From Burkholderia sp. (GTDB lineage Bacteria > Pseudomonadota > Gammaproteobacteria > Burkholderiales > Burkholderiaceae): a DNA stretch of 64,000 nt. A program made the position numbers and the translations under genes. The first letter of the stretch is position 1. Every line of letters starts with the position of its first letter. Below are positions 41,736 to 55,505 of this stretch, piece after piece. Where the stretch lies: NCBI RefSeq assembly GCF_031253835.1, contig NZ_JAIRVP010000068.1; one strand, given 5' to 3'. The notes under the pieces are model-generated. The model had not been told where the DNA came from. It did no database searches and worked only from the letters and a program-made list of their open reading frames with translations.

Positions 41736-42647
41736 ATGCCAGACACTCAGCACGCCCTCTTCCTCCCGATCGACGCCGACCTCGTTCGATGCCTCGTTGC
41801 GCAGCAATTTCCGCAATGGCGCCACCTGGACATCATTCCCGTGCTGCCCGGCGGCTGGGACAACCGCACATTCCGGCTCGGCGACACCATGCTGGCGAGG
41901 CTCCCGAGCGCCGCGGCTTATGTCGACCAGGTCGAGAAGGAGCAGCGCTGGCTGCCGACGCTGGCCGCGCACCTGTCGCTGCCGATCCCCGCACCGGTCG
42001 CGAAGGGCGTGCCCGCCGGTTTCTATCCGTGGCCGTGGTCGGTCTATGGCTGGCTGGACGGCGAACCGGCCCGCGACGCACTGATCGACGACATGCCGGC
42101 GTTCGCACGCGCGGTGGCGGGCTTCCTGGCCGAACTGCACCGGATCGACGCGTCGGACGGCCCGCCGCCGGGCCTGCACAATTTCTTCCGTGGCGGGCCG
42201 CTATCGCTGTACGACGGTGAAACGCGCTCGGCGCTCGAAACGCTGTCGGGCTTCATCGACACCGATCGTGCGCTGGCCGTATGGGAAGCCGCGGTGAATA
42301 CCCGCTGGAACGCGGCCCCCGTGTGGATTCACGGCGACGTCGCGGCCGGCAACCTGCTGGTGAAGGACGGCACGCTGCACGCGGTCATCGATTTCGGATG
42401 CGCGGCGGTGGGCGACCCGGCTTGCGACCTCGCGATCAACTGGACCCTGTTCGACGAAGCGAGTCGCAGTGCCTTTCGTTCGACACTGTCGGTCGATACG
42501 GGAACCTGGGCGCGCGGGCGCGGCTGGGCGCTGTGGAAGGCGCTCATCACGCTCGGGAAGCTGGACGAAAGCCGGCGTGACGGCGATCCATCGAACCGCA
42601 CGATCCAGCACCTCCTGGAAGACCATCGCCGCGAACACGGACACTGA
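41736..42647 (+). CDS. Aminoglycoside/antibiotic phosphotransferase (APH)-family kinase
   Basis: The Brenner motif is IHGDVAAGNLLV and the DFG motif is IDFGCAAVGDPACD. Confidence 0.8.
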   Translation: MPDTQHALFLPIDADLVRCLVAQQFPQWRHLDIIPVLPGGWDNRTFRLGDTMLARLPSAAAYVDQVEKEQRWLPTLAAHLSLPIPAPVAKGVPAGFYPWPWSVYGWLDGEPARDALIDDMPAFARAVAGFLAELHRIDASDGPPPGLHNFFRGGPLSLYDGETRSALETLSGFIDTDRALAVWEAAVNTRWNAAPVWIHGDVAAGNLLVKDGTLHAVIDFGCAAVGDPACDLAINWTLFDEASRSAFRSTLSVDTGTWARGRGWALWKALITLGKLDESRRDGDPSNRTIQHLLEDHRREHGH

Positions 42648-42679
42648 CGGCCGACGGACCGCCCGCGACGCGGTGACGG

Positions 42680-43003
42680 TCACGGCGTGTCGATGCGTTG
42701 CGGGAACAGGCACGTATGCGTTTTCACATACAGGTTCGGGTTGCCGCAGCGGTGGCCGGCATAGTCGATCTGCTCGCCGGGCATCAGGTCGGCCGGCACC
42801 GGCTTGCGTACGGCGGCAGGCGTGGCCGCGGGCGTACCGGGACGTGTCGACACGCAGCCCGCGAACAACGGGACGATCAGGACTGCGATCAAGGCTGAAC
42901 GGATAACGGGACGATCCACTTTTCGGTCCGGAATGAAAGTCTGAACAGGGCCGCCCGCTTTCCATGCTGCTGTCGCGAACGGCACGCATGCCGTCGGCGA
43001 CAT
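42680..43003 (-). CDS. Putative lipoprotein; the start is uncertain (an alternative non-ATG start nearer the lipobox is likely)
   Basis: A lipobox-like sequence ...RSALIAVLIVPLFAGCVSTRPG lies within the ORF. The ATG-defined N-terminus is too long for a signal peptide. Confidence 0.35.
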   Translation of the reverse strand: MSPTACVPFATAAWKAGGPVQTFIPDRKVDRPVIRSALIAVLIVPLFAGCVSTRPGTPAATPAAVRKPVPADLMPGEQIDYAGHRCGNPNLYVKTHTCLFPQRIDTP

Positions 43004-43057
43004 CGGCCATCGGCAGACTTCATGTTCCGCTTCCCGCTCGTCGCGCGCATGACGCGA

Positions 43058-43076
43058 ACATGACGGTTGCGTCATG
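43058..43076. promoter_or_regulatory. Palindrome ACATGACGGTTGCGTCATG located upstream of DUF4148 paralog B
   Basis: It lies about 140 bp upstream of the start at 43216 and shares the same ATGACGGTTnCGTCAT core as the site at 40058. A partial extra half-site CATGACGCG sits 10 nt upstream. Confidence 0.45.
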
Positions 43077-43215
43077 TCGGTCAGGTCTCAACGACGCGCT
43101 GCCTGCTTGCGCAATCTGACGATTTTTTCATCTCGCGATCACGATCACGCACGGCTGCTTTCGCATACTGGATCCATGGTTCGCCACCCGGCGACCTGAT
43201 CAAGGAGAGCACTCG

Positions 43216-43503
43216 ATGAAAACGGCAAAACTCGCAGCACTGTTCGTCACCGCCACGCTGTCGCTCGGCATGGCCACGCAAGCCGCATTCGCGGAAACGC
43301 AAACGCAGGGCAAGACCCGCACGCAGGTCGTCAACGAACTGAAGCAGGCGCAGCACGACGGCGTCGTGCCGGCGGGCAAGACGCAATATCCGCCGACCGG
43401 CGAGATGGTCGCGCGCAACAAGGAGCTTCACGGGATTTCGGTGCACGGCGGCGAGAAGAAGCCGCAGGCCGACAACCACGACAACCTGACCGCGCGGCAA
43501 TGA
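43216..43503 (+). CDS. Small secreted protein of the DUF4148 family (paralog B, 95 aa)
   Basis: The signal peptide is MKTAKLAALFVTATLSLGMATQAAFA. The conserved block is KTRTQVVNELKQAQHDGVVP...YP...VARNKELH..VHGGE..P..DNHDN. Confidence 0.7.
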   Translation: MKTAKLAALFVTATLSLGMATQAAFAETQTQGKTRTQVVNELKQAQHDGVVPAGKTQYPPTGEMVARNKELHGISVHGGEKKPQADNHDNLTARQ

Positions 43504-43582
43504 CGCTCGGCCACACGACCGCAGGCAGCGCGCCGCGCGCGGCCGCCATATGGCGAACGCGCGAGCGTGCCCGCCCGCGGTG

Positions 43583-45015
43583 TCAGGTGCTGGTGGCCGC
43601 CGGCCGGTTCGGCTCGGCCGGCCGTCTCGGGAAGCGCAGCCAGAACGTCGTGCGCCGGCCGGGATCGCTGTCGACGCCGCATTCGCCGCCGTGATTGTCC
43701 ATGATCGACCGGACGATCGCGAGGCCGAGCCCCGTGCCCGACGCGGAATTGTGCCGCGACGGATCGACGCGATAAAAACGCTCGAAGATCCGCCCGACAT
43801 GCTCCGCGGCAATGCCGGGCCCCGTATCCGACACGGCGATCGTCGTCGCGCCGCGCTGCTCGACGCAATCGATCGTCACGACGCTGCCGCGCGGCGCATA
43901 GGTCAGCGCATTCGACAGCAGGTTGCTCAACGCCCGCTGGTACAGCGTCAGGTCCGCATCGACCCACGCGTGGCCATCGACCTTCACCGTCACGCCCTCG
44001 TCTTCCGCAAGCGGCTCGTAGTAGCCGGCCACCCGCTCCGCCTCCTCCGCCGCATTCAGGCGCCGCACGCCGATTGACGTGCCGGCCTGTTCCGAGCGCG
44101 CGAGGAACAGCATGTCCTCGATCATCCGCGACAAGCGCTGGTATTCGTCGATGCTCGACTCGATCACGTTCCGGTATTCGTCCGCGCTGCGCGGCTGCGA
44201 CAGCACGACCTGCGCGGCTGCCTGCAGGTTCGTGAGCGGCGTGCGCATGTCGTGCGCGAGATTCGACGAGAACTGGCTCAGCCGCGTGAACGACTCGTTC
44301 AGGCGTTCGAGCATCCCGTTGAACGCATGCTCGAGTTCCTTCAGCTCGCCGGATGTATCGAGTTCCGGCAGCGGATGCGCCAGCCGGCTCGTCGACATCT
44401 GCTCGGCGCGCGCCGCGAAGCGCCTTAGCGGGCTCAGCCCGAGCGCCGCGATGCCGTACGCGATCGCGGCCGCGAGCACCACGCCGAACACCTCGATCAC
44501 GACGATCGTATAGGCATGCGTGCGCAGCAGCAGGACATCCGCGCTGCGGTCGTACTGCACCGCGACGCGCACCACCGGCGCACCCGCTCCCGCGCCGCCG
44601 CCGACCAGCGGCACATTCGTCACCAGATACTGGTGCCGCAAGCCGGGCGGTGCGACGCCGACCGGCACGCGCCCCGCGTTCAGCGACATCAGCGGCGCAT
44701 ACGGGCGGAAGCCGGGCGTGCCGACGAGGCGTGTGCCCGTGGCATCGAAGATCGCGAGATCCATGTTCGGATGGCCATGCAGCTGGTCGATCCAGATGTC
44801 GGTGTTGCGTGCGACGTCGATCGTCGTGCGCGCCTCGGCCAGATGCGCGCCCAATGCGGCGGAAATGCCGGCCATCTGCTCGGCCGCCGTCGTTTCGACG
44901 CGATTGCTCAGTGCTTCGTACAGGGCGACACCGCTCGACGCGAGAATCACCGATGTCGACAGGATGATCAGCGCGGTCAGGCGTCCACGCAGCGTGCGCG
45001 GCAGCAGGCGCGCGA

Positions 45016-45019
<4 letters not shown>
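43583..45019 (-). CDS. czcS: Heavy-metal sensor histidine kinase
   Basis: The protein has two TM helices, a HAMP domain, the H-box [10 protein letters not shown] and an HATPase_c domain (GTGLGLAIV). The start overlaps czcR by 4 nt. Confidence 0.85.
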
Positions 45020-48968
<3,949 letters not shown>

Positions 48969-49036
48969 TCACGCAACGGGCCGGAAAGCGGGCCGCATAT
49001 CGGGCCGCGAGTCGGGCAACGGCGCACACGTAACGC

Positions 49037-50506
49037 TCATTCATGTTCGGCGCTCCCCTTGCCGAGTTCGGCCTTCAGCACGAAGCTGTTCGACGCCGCG
49101 TATTCCTGGCCCGCCTTGAGCCCCTTCAGCACCTCGGTCGCACGCTCGTCGCGACGCCCGGTTTCGACGGCCTGCGCGACGAAGCCCTTCGGCGAGCGCA
49201 CGAACACCGACGGCGCGCCGTCGACGTCCTGCAGCGCGTCGCTCGCCACCGCGAGCGGCACACCCTGCTTGCCCGCGTCGACCGACACGTTCACGAACAT
49301 CCCCGGGCGCCACACGCCGTCCGGGTTCGGCAGCACGACCCGCGCCGGTGCGGTGCGCGTCTGTTCGCCGAGCAGCGAGCCGACGTACGCGATCGGGCCG
49401 CTCGAACGCGATTCGAACGCGGTCGCGATCACGGTCGCGTCGCGGCCGACGCGCACGTCGTTCAACCGCTGCGCCGGCACGGCCATCTCGGCCCACACGG
49501 TCGACAGGTCGGAGATCACGAACATGCTCGCGTCGGCGGCGATCGCCTCGCCGGGTGTCGCATGCTTCTCGACGATCGTGCCGGCGAACGGCGCGCGCAG
49601 CTCGTAGCGATTCAGCGCGCCCGCGCCGACCGGCGCGTTCAGCGCGGCGAGCTTCTGTCGCGCGTTCTGCACGGCGATCTCGGCCTCGCGCAACTGCACC
49701 TGCGCCTGCTGGTAGTCCTGCTCGGCCGAGATGCGCTCCTTCCACAGCGTGCGTTCGCGCTCGTAGGTCGCCCGCGCGCCCGACAGCCGGCGCTCGGCCG
49801 TCAGCAGTTCGCTGCGGCGGTCGGCCAGATCGGTGCTGGCGATCACGGCGAGCACCTGCCCCTTCGCGATGTTCTGCCCGAGCGAGACCGACACCTGCTC
49901 GACGATGCCGGCCACGCGCGGCACCACGTGCGCGGTGCGGTCCTCGTTGAACTTGATCTCGCCCGGCAGTTGGAACGGCGTCGCGATCTGCGCGGGGCCG
50001 GCCTTCGCGAGCGCGATCTTCGACGTCGCCAGCTGTGCGTCGGTCAGCGCGATCGCGCCGTCGGCGCGCGCGAACGGGAACGACGCGGCGTCGTTGCCGG
50101 CCTTCACGTCGATCGTCGTGTCGAACACGTGCGGCTTCGCGATCGACTGCGCGGACACGAACTTCTGGCCCGATGCGTCGAAACGCAGCGGCTCGTGCGT
50201 GCGGTCGTAGCGCACCAGCGTGCCGGAGACCGTCACACCCTTGTCGGCCGGCTTGCCGTCGACGAACGGATAGACGACGAGCCGTGCATCGCCAGGTTTT
50301 TCCGTCATCACGATCTCGACGGACAGCTTGCCGCGCTTAAGCACGACACCGCCGTGCGCGCCGGCGCCATCGGCCGGCTGCGCGGCTTCCGCGCCCGCAG
50401 GCGCCGAGGGGTTGCTCCCGCTCCGGGTAACGGCGAGCGCGCCGATCACGATCCCTGCGCCGCCGAGCACGGCCGCCGCGATAACGAAGATTCTGCTGCG
50501 TGACAT
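49037..50506 (-). CDS. czcB: RND efflux membrane-fusion (periplasmic adaptor) protein
   Basis: It carries a signal/TM anchor, an HlyD-like coiled-coil (LTAERRLSGARATYERERTLWKERISAEQDYQQAQVQLREAEIAV) and beta-barrel domains. Confidence 0.9.
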   Translation of the reverse strand: MSRSRIFVIAAAVLGGAGIVIGALAVTRSGSNPSAPAGAEAAQPADGAGAHGGVVLKRGKLSVEIVMTEKPGDARLVVYPFVDGKPADKGVTVSGTLVRYDRTHEPLRFDASGQKFVSAQSIAKPHVFDTTIDVKAGNDAASFPFARADGAIALTDAQLATSKIALAKAGPAQIATPFQLPGEIKFNEDRTAHVVPRVAGIVEQVSVSLGQNIAKGQVLAVIASTDLADRRSELLTAERRLSGARATYERERTLWKERISAEQDYQQAQVQLREAEIAVQNARQKLAALNAPVGAGALNRYELRAPFAGTIVEKHATPGEAIAADASMFVISDLSTVWAEMAVPAQRLNDVRVGRDATVIATAFESRSSGPIAYVGSLLGEQTRTAPARVVLPNPDGVWRPGMFVNVSVDAGKQGVPLAVASDALQDVDGAPSVFVRSPKGFVAQAVETGRRDERATEVLKGLKAGQEYAASNSFVLKAELGKGSAEHE

Positions 50507-50532
50507 GATGATCCTTCAGGTAAGAGGGGCGC

Positions 50533-51846
50533 TTATTGCGCGACGGCCGCGAGCGGCGTGCCGACGAGCCGGCCGATATCGGCGCGGGCCGAATGGGCGT
50601 CGGCGAGCGCGCGCACGTATTGCGACTGCCCCTGGAACAGCGTGCGCTGTGCATCGAGCACGTCGAGGAAGCTGAACTTCCCGAGTTCGTAGCCGCGCGA
50701 CATCGCGTCGAGCGCGAGACGCGCGGCCGGCAGGATGTCGGACTTCAGCCGCTGCGCTTCCTGCTCGGCGGCCTCGAAATTCGCGTAGGCCTGCGTGAGC
50801 GCCAGCCGCAGGCGCGTGCGTTCGCGATCGAGATCGGCGTTCGCGCGCTCGGCCTTGTGCGTCGCCTCGAGCAGCGCGCCCTTGTTCGTGTTGAACAGAG
50901 GAATCGGGATCGACACGCCGACCACGGCCTGGTTGTCGGGCACGCCGCCGGTCGTCACGCGCTTCACGCCCGCGCTGACCGTCACGTCCGGAATGCGCCG
51001 TGCACGTTCGAGCGACACGGCCGCGTTCGAGCGCAGCATCTCGGCGCGCGCGACCCGCGCGAGCGGTGAATCGTCGAGCTGCGCGGTCAGCGCGGACAGC
51101 GGCTCGACCGGCGGCACGGCTTCCAGGTCGCCGAGCACCGCGAGCCGGTCGCCGCGCGCTTCGCCCATCACCGCGTTCAGCTTCTCGCGCGCGACCTCGA
51201 CCTTGCCGCGTGCGGTCACGACTTCGATCTGCACGCCGGCCGCCGCCACCTGCGCCTTCGTCGCCTCGACCGGCGACACCTTGCCGGCCTGTGCGCGGCG
51301 CGCCGCAAGATCCGCCGAGCGCGCGGCGATCGCGGCCGATTCCTCGGTGACCTGAAGCTGCCGCTGCGCGGCGAGCAGCCCGTAGAACGCAGCAATCACG
51401 TCGGCGCGCACGACGGCGCCCTGCTCGTCGAGCGACGCGCTGGCCGACTCGCGGCCATACGACGCGACGTCGAGCCGCGCGCGGCGCTTGCCGCCCAGCT
51501 CGATGGTCTGGTTGATCAGCGCGGTCGACGTGCGCTCGGCGCGGCTGAAACCTTCCTGCAGGAACGACACCTCGGGATTGGGGCGCGCACCGGCCTGCAT
51601 CAGCGCGCCGGCCGATGCATCGACGTCCGCGCGCGCGCCGCGCAGCGCCGGATTGTTCCGGGCCGCGACGGCGAGTGCATCGGGAAGCGTCAGCGATGGG
51701 GAAGGAAGTGCGCCGGATGGCGGTGCGTCGGCCGGTGCGGCAGGGCCTGCGGCAGCAGGAGTCGGCCCCGGCGACAGCGACGGCTGCGCATAAGCCGTCG
51801 CGGCCATCGCGAAGGCGACGGCCACGGCGAGAGAGAGCTTGAGCAT
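50533..51846 (-). CDS. czcC: Outer-membrane efflux protein (TolC family)
   Basis: It has a signal peptide MLKLSLAVAVAFAMAATAYAQ and two OEP repeat halves. Confidence 0.9.
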   Translation of the reverse strand: MLKLSLAVAVAFAMAATAYAQPSLSPGPTPAAAGPAAPADAPPSGALPSPSLTLPDALAVAARNNPALRGARADVDASAGALMQAGARPNPEVSFLQEGFSRAERTSTALINQTIELGGKRRARLDVASYGRESASASLDEQGAVVRADVIAAFYGLLAAQRQLQVTEESAAIAARSADLAARRAQAGKVSPVEATKAQVAAAGVQIEVVTARGKVEVAREKLNAVMGEARGDRLAVLGDLEAVPPVEPLSALTAQLDDSPLARVARAEMLRSNAAVSLERARRIPDVTVSAGVKRVTTGGVPDNQAVVGVSIPIPLFNTNKGALLEATHKAERANADLDRERTRLRLALTQAYANFEAAEQEAQRLKSDILPAARLALDAMSRGYELGKFSFLDVLDAQRTLFQGQSQYVRALADAHSARADIGRLVGTPLAAVAQ

Positions 51847-52244
51847 GTTCGGTTCTGCGGTAACGGTTTGCGACCGATGCTACGGTCGGGCCGCAGTGCG
51901 AACATGAGGCGAAGATGATATTTCCGTCATGTTGGGCGCGGCTGTACTCGTTGAACCGGCGTGTGTATCTGCCCGGACACTCGTCTGTACGTGGCGTCTA
52001 AGCGCTCGCATACGATCCGATGATGTCATCACATTTCACCGGACTCGCCGCGGCGCTTTCGACCACTCGATTCGGTCACGTCATAAAGAAGATTTTCTAT
52101 TTCAAATTTTCGAACAAGTTCTATAGACACATTCACTCGGAAGGATGATTTTCGACGTTCATGCAACACGAATGGAGCCATGCTTTTTATGACCTCAATG
52201 TCATGCAGCATCCTTGAAAATCGACACACCGAGACTTCGAATCA

Positions 52245-52961
52245 ATGAAATACTTCTCCAATCCAAACGATTACGACTTTGACGCCGGCGAAGACAAAGA
52301 ATGGTTTCTCGTTCACTCCGGGGCCGTCACCAACACCACTCCGAGATCGATGGTTCATGTTTACATCAACACAACACCCATTTGCCCCAACATGACCAAC
52401 AGAGAATTTAGAATTATGGTGGCAAGACTACTCAAATGGTCCATCATTCTAGTTGAACGCAGGATCGCAGATCTGAAACGATTCGACGAAACAATCAAGG
52501 ATAGAATGATCTACTGGTTCAATCGATGCGATGAAAACACACGACAATATCTTGTCAATGGATTCTCACGACATCTCTCCGTTCTCAAAACGCTAACGCC
52601 ACATCACTTCGTTCGAAGCGATCCGAGCCTCGATCGAATGTTAGGCTGCGTCCCGAACTTGGGCGACATCGAGAATGAAGCCGCTCACGTTTGCGGACCC
52701 AATACGGAGCGTAGGCTCATCAGTATCGCGATGAAATTTTGCACAGGCTTACGCGATCAGAATATGTTCGGAGACTCCCGTCTATCCACGCTGATTCACG
52801 AAGTCACTCACTTCGTCGACACCTTCGGTAGCGGCGACCCTCGTTACGGGCTCGATCCCACAGCGGCTGCGTGGGCAAGGGCCAATCCCGACCAGGCATT
52901 GAGGAATGCGGATACACTCACAGGATTCGTGATCTACGGCGAATATTTATTTCCGGAATAA
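52245..52961 (+). CDS. Aspzincin-type zinc metalloprotease (M35/deuterolysin-like zinc site), with no signal peptide
   Basis: The sequence LIHEVTHFVDTFGSGDPRYG has HExxH followed 9 residues after the second His by the Asp of GxxDxxYG, which is the exact aspzincin geometry. The gene lies on a low-GC island. Confidence 0.6.
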   Translation: MKYFSNPNDYDFDAGEDKEWFLVHSGAVTNTTPRSMVHVYINTTPICPNMTNREFRIMVARLLKWSIILVERRIADLKRFDETIKDRMIYWFNRCDENTRQYLVNGFSRHLSVLKTLTPHHFVRSDPSLDRMLGCVPNLGDIENEAAHVCGPNTERRLISIAMKFCTGLRDQNMFGDSRLSTLIHEVTHFVDTFGSGDPRYGLDPTAAAWARANPDQALRNADTLTGFVIYGEYLFPE

Positions 52962-52976
52962 GGGGCCGAATTCAGC

Positions 52977-53426
52977 ATGAGAATTTTCATCACTTCATTA
53001 ATCGCGCCTATCGTAACGTCGCTCCTTTTCCCCGCAATTTCTTCGGCTGCATGCCAAGGATCACAGAATCTACCATCACAGCAATTTTTCGTGACCTTCC
53101 CCCGCGACAGTCACGAAATCTCCGAATCCGAGAAAATACGAATTGGGCGATGGGTTTCAGCAATGAATTCCGGGCATCCAATTCAAAACTGGGTCACTAT
53201 AATTGGGAGCGCTTCCAAGATTGAGGACGATCCGGAACGACTTGCAACGAAACGAGCTTCCGCGGTGGCGAAAGTCGTCATAGACGACGGCCTGATAAAC
53301 GCACCGCTTCAGATAAAAACGCAAATTTATCCAGCCAGCAGTGCAGCCGGATCGACGTCGGAAACACGTGAAGTCACCATTCAAGTGAGCCCCGGCTGCC
53401 TCGACAACTGCTGTACCGGCCATTGA
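52977..53426 (+). CDS. Small secreted protein (149 aa) adjacent to the metalloprotease; weak OmpA-C-like pattern
   Basis: The signal peptide is MRIFITSLIAPIVTSLLFPAISSAACQG. It is co-oriented with the protease gene 16 nt downstream and shares the same low-GC composition. Confidence 0.5.
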   Translation: MRIFITSLIAPIVTSLLFPAISSAACQGSQNLPSQQFFVTFPRDSHEISESEKIRIGRWVSAMNSGHPIQNWVTIIGSASKIEDDPERLATKRASAVAKVVIDDGLINAPLQIKTQIYPASSAAGSTSETREVTIQVSPGCLDNCCTGH

Positions 53427-53589
53427 CATGAAGTCGGATCATTCACCGCCGCCGCGCTTGCGTTGACCCGTGTACCTCCAACGCTCGCGTGCGACGGTTC
53501 GTCGAATCTATCCGGACGAGATCTCGATGTTCGATTCGAGCGATACGTCAATCGCCGAGCCAGGGAAGCTCTCAGCGCATTCTCTAGAA

Positions 53590-54780
53590 TTAAACGCGCG
53601 TCTGCTTCCCCCGCCGGCGTTGCACGAGCCAGTCGAGCAGTTGCTGCCCGTCGCGCTCGCCGAACCAGCGCGCATGCCCGATCAGGTAGCCGTCGTACGC
53701 GATGTCGACGATCGCCGGCGCATCGATGATGCAGCCGAAATACGCGACTTCTGACAGCGCGAACTCCGTATGCACGATCGGCAGCAGCGCGACCAGCGCC
53801 GCATACGCGTCGTCGCTCAACGGTTCGAGCGATTCGTAGCCGTCGAGCAGCGCGTCGATCTGATCGTATTCGATGCGCCGGGCCTCGGCCGGCGCCATCC
53901 AGTCGACCGTATTGCGCTCGATCGCGAGCGCGAGGTCCATCACCGCGCATGTACGATCCGACAGGCCGAAATCGAGCACGGTCCGCACCTGTGCGCCGGG
54001 GCCCGAATCGGTCCACAGCAGGTTCGATGCATGCCAGTCGCCGTGCGTCCACAGCGGCGGCAACGCGGGCAGCAGCGGCACGAGACGCGCGTGATACGGG
54101 CCGATCGCATCGGCCACGTCGCCGCGCCAGTCGCGCGAACCGAGCGCACGCACGAGCAGCGGCTGCGCATCGACCCAGCGTTCGAGCGCGCCGGCCAGAT
54201 CGGCGGACGACAGCACGCGAAAACTCGACAGCAGCGTGCGCACGGGTCGCGCAGGCGCGTCATAGCCGGCCGACGCGCGATGCAGTTCGGCCAGCGCGCG
54301 GCCGGCCGCGTACGCGTGCGAAGGATGCGTGAACGGCTGCCACGACATCACGCCGCGATACGGGTCGACGCCGGGCGCGAGCACGTGCACCTCGTAGGTC
54401 CAGTCGCCGGACGCAAACGCCGTCGCGCCGTTGCGATCGGCCAGCACGTCCACCACCGGGATGCCGCGTTCACGCAGATGCGCGATGAAACGATGCTCTT
54501 CCTCGAGCCCCGCGACATCGCGCAGGCTAACGTGGTGACGCTTGACGAACAACCCGCGCCCGTCCGCCATCCGCACGAGCACGGCCGCCGCGAACTGGCG
54601 CGGGCTGTGCCACGTGAGCCGCACCGGCTCGCCCGCGCCGTCGATCCGCGCGAGTACGGCCGCCACCTCGCCGTGCGTCATCAGCGGCCAGTCGCGTTCG
54701 GCCTGCTCGCCGTCGACGCCGAATTGCGGCGGCGCGACGTCGCGCGACAGGGGGCCGTCCGGCTCGAGTGGGAATGACAT
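53590..54780 (-). CDS. APH/ThiK-like phosphotransferase-family kinase
   Basis: The Brenner motif is THGDWHASNLLW and the DFG motif is LDFGLSDRTCAVMD. It is the last gene of the TBDR-PnuC operon. Confidence 0.8.
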   Translation of the reverse strand: MSFPLEPDGPLSRDVAPPQFGVDGEQAERDWPLMTHGEVAAVLARIDGAGEPVRLTWHSPRQFAAAVLVRMADGRGLFVKRHHVSLRDVAGLEEEHRFIAHLRERGIPVVDVLADRNGATAFASGDWTYEVHVLAPGVDPYRGVMSWQPFTHPSHAYAAGRALAELHRASAGYDAPARPVRTLLSSFRVLSSADLAGALERWVDAQPLLVRALGSRDWRGDVADAIGPYHARLVPLLPALPPLWTHGDWHASNLLWTDSGPGAQVRTVLDFGLSDRTCAVMDLALAIERNTVDWMAPAEARRIEYDQIDALLDGYESLEPLSDDAYAALVALLPIVHTEFALSEVAYFGCIIDAPAIVDIAYDGYLIGHARWFGERDGQQLLDWLVQRRRGKQTRV

Positions 54781-54816
54781 GAACGACGTTGCTCCGTGGT
54801 TGAATCCGTGCGTGAA

Positions 54817-55446
54817 TCAGCGCGCGCCGCCTGACGCGAGCGTGCCGCCGGCTGCCGCGCGCAACGCAGCGGCCGTGCGGCTCCAGTCGCGCCAGCCGAC
54901 GACGGCCAGCCCGATGAACAGCGCATAGAGTCCAGCCGTCAGATACAGTTCCTTGAACACGAACATCCCGACGTACACGACGTTCACGACGATCCACAGC
55001 CCCCACGACGCGATGTAGCGCCGCGCGGTCCAGTATTGCGCGACGAGGCTGAACGCGGTCAGCGACGCATCGACGAACGGCAGCGCCGCGTCGGTCCAGC
55101 GCGCCATCATGCCGCCGAGCAGCGCGCTGCCGATCACGGCCGCGACCAGGTCGGGCAGCATCTGGCGCGGCCGCACGCCGGTGACGGGCGCGACGTCGCC
55201 GGCCGGTGCCGCGCCGCCGCCTGCTTCGCTCGCGCGCTGCGCGAGCCAGCGCTGCCAGCCGTACACCTGCAGCACCGCGAACGCGCCCTGCAGCAGCATG
55301 TCCGAATACAGCTTCGCATCGAAGAAGATCCAGCCGTACAGCGCAACCGATGCGAGCCCGACCGGCCAGCACAGCATGCGGCGCTTCGCGGTCAGCCAGA
55401 TCGCGAGCGCGCTGACGATCACGCCGGCGATTTCGAGGGGGGACAT
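54817..55446 (-). CDS. pnuC: PnuC-family transporter (nicotinamide riboside / PnuT-like vitamin transporter)
   Basis: PnuC blocks are present, namely MSPLEIAGVIVSALAIWLTAKRRMLCWPVGLASVALYGWIFFDAKLYSDMLLQ and WIVVNVVYVGMF, and the protein has 7 TM helices. Confidence 0.85.
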   Translation of the reverse strand: MSPLEIAGVIVSALAIWLTAKRRMLCWPVGLASVALYGWIFFDAKLYSDMLLQGAFAVLQVYGWQRWLAQRASEAGGGAAPAGDVAPVTGVRPRQMLPDLVAAVIGSALLGGMMARWTDAALPFVDASLTAFSLVAQYWTARRYIASWGLWIVVNVVYVGMFVFKELYLTAGLYALFIGLAVVGWRDWSRTAAALRAAAGGTLASGGAR

Positions 55447-55505
55447 CGTCTGTGCTCTCCTGGTTAGCTGCCGGGGCCGCGCGTCACGCGGCCGGGTCCG
55501 GACGT

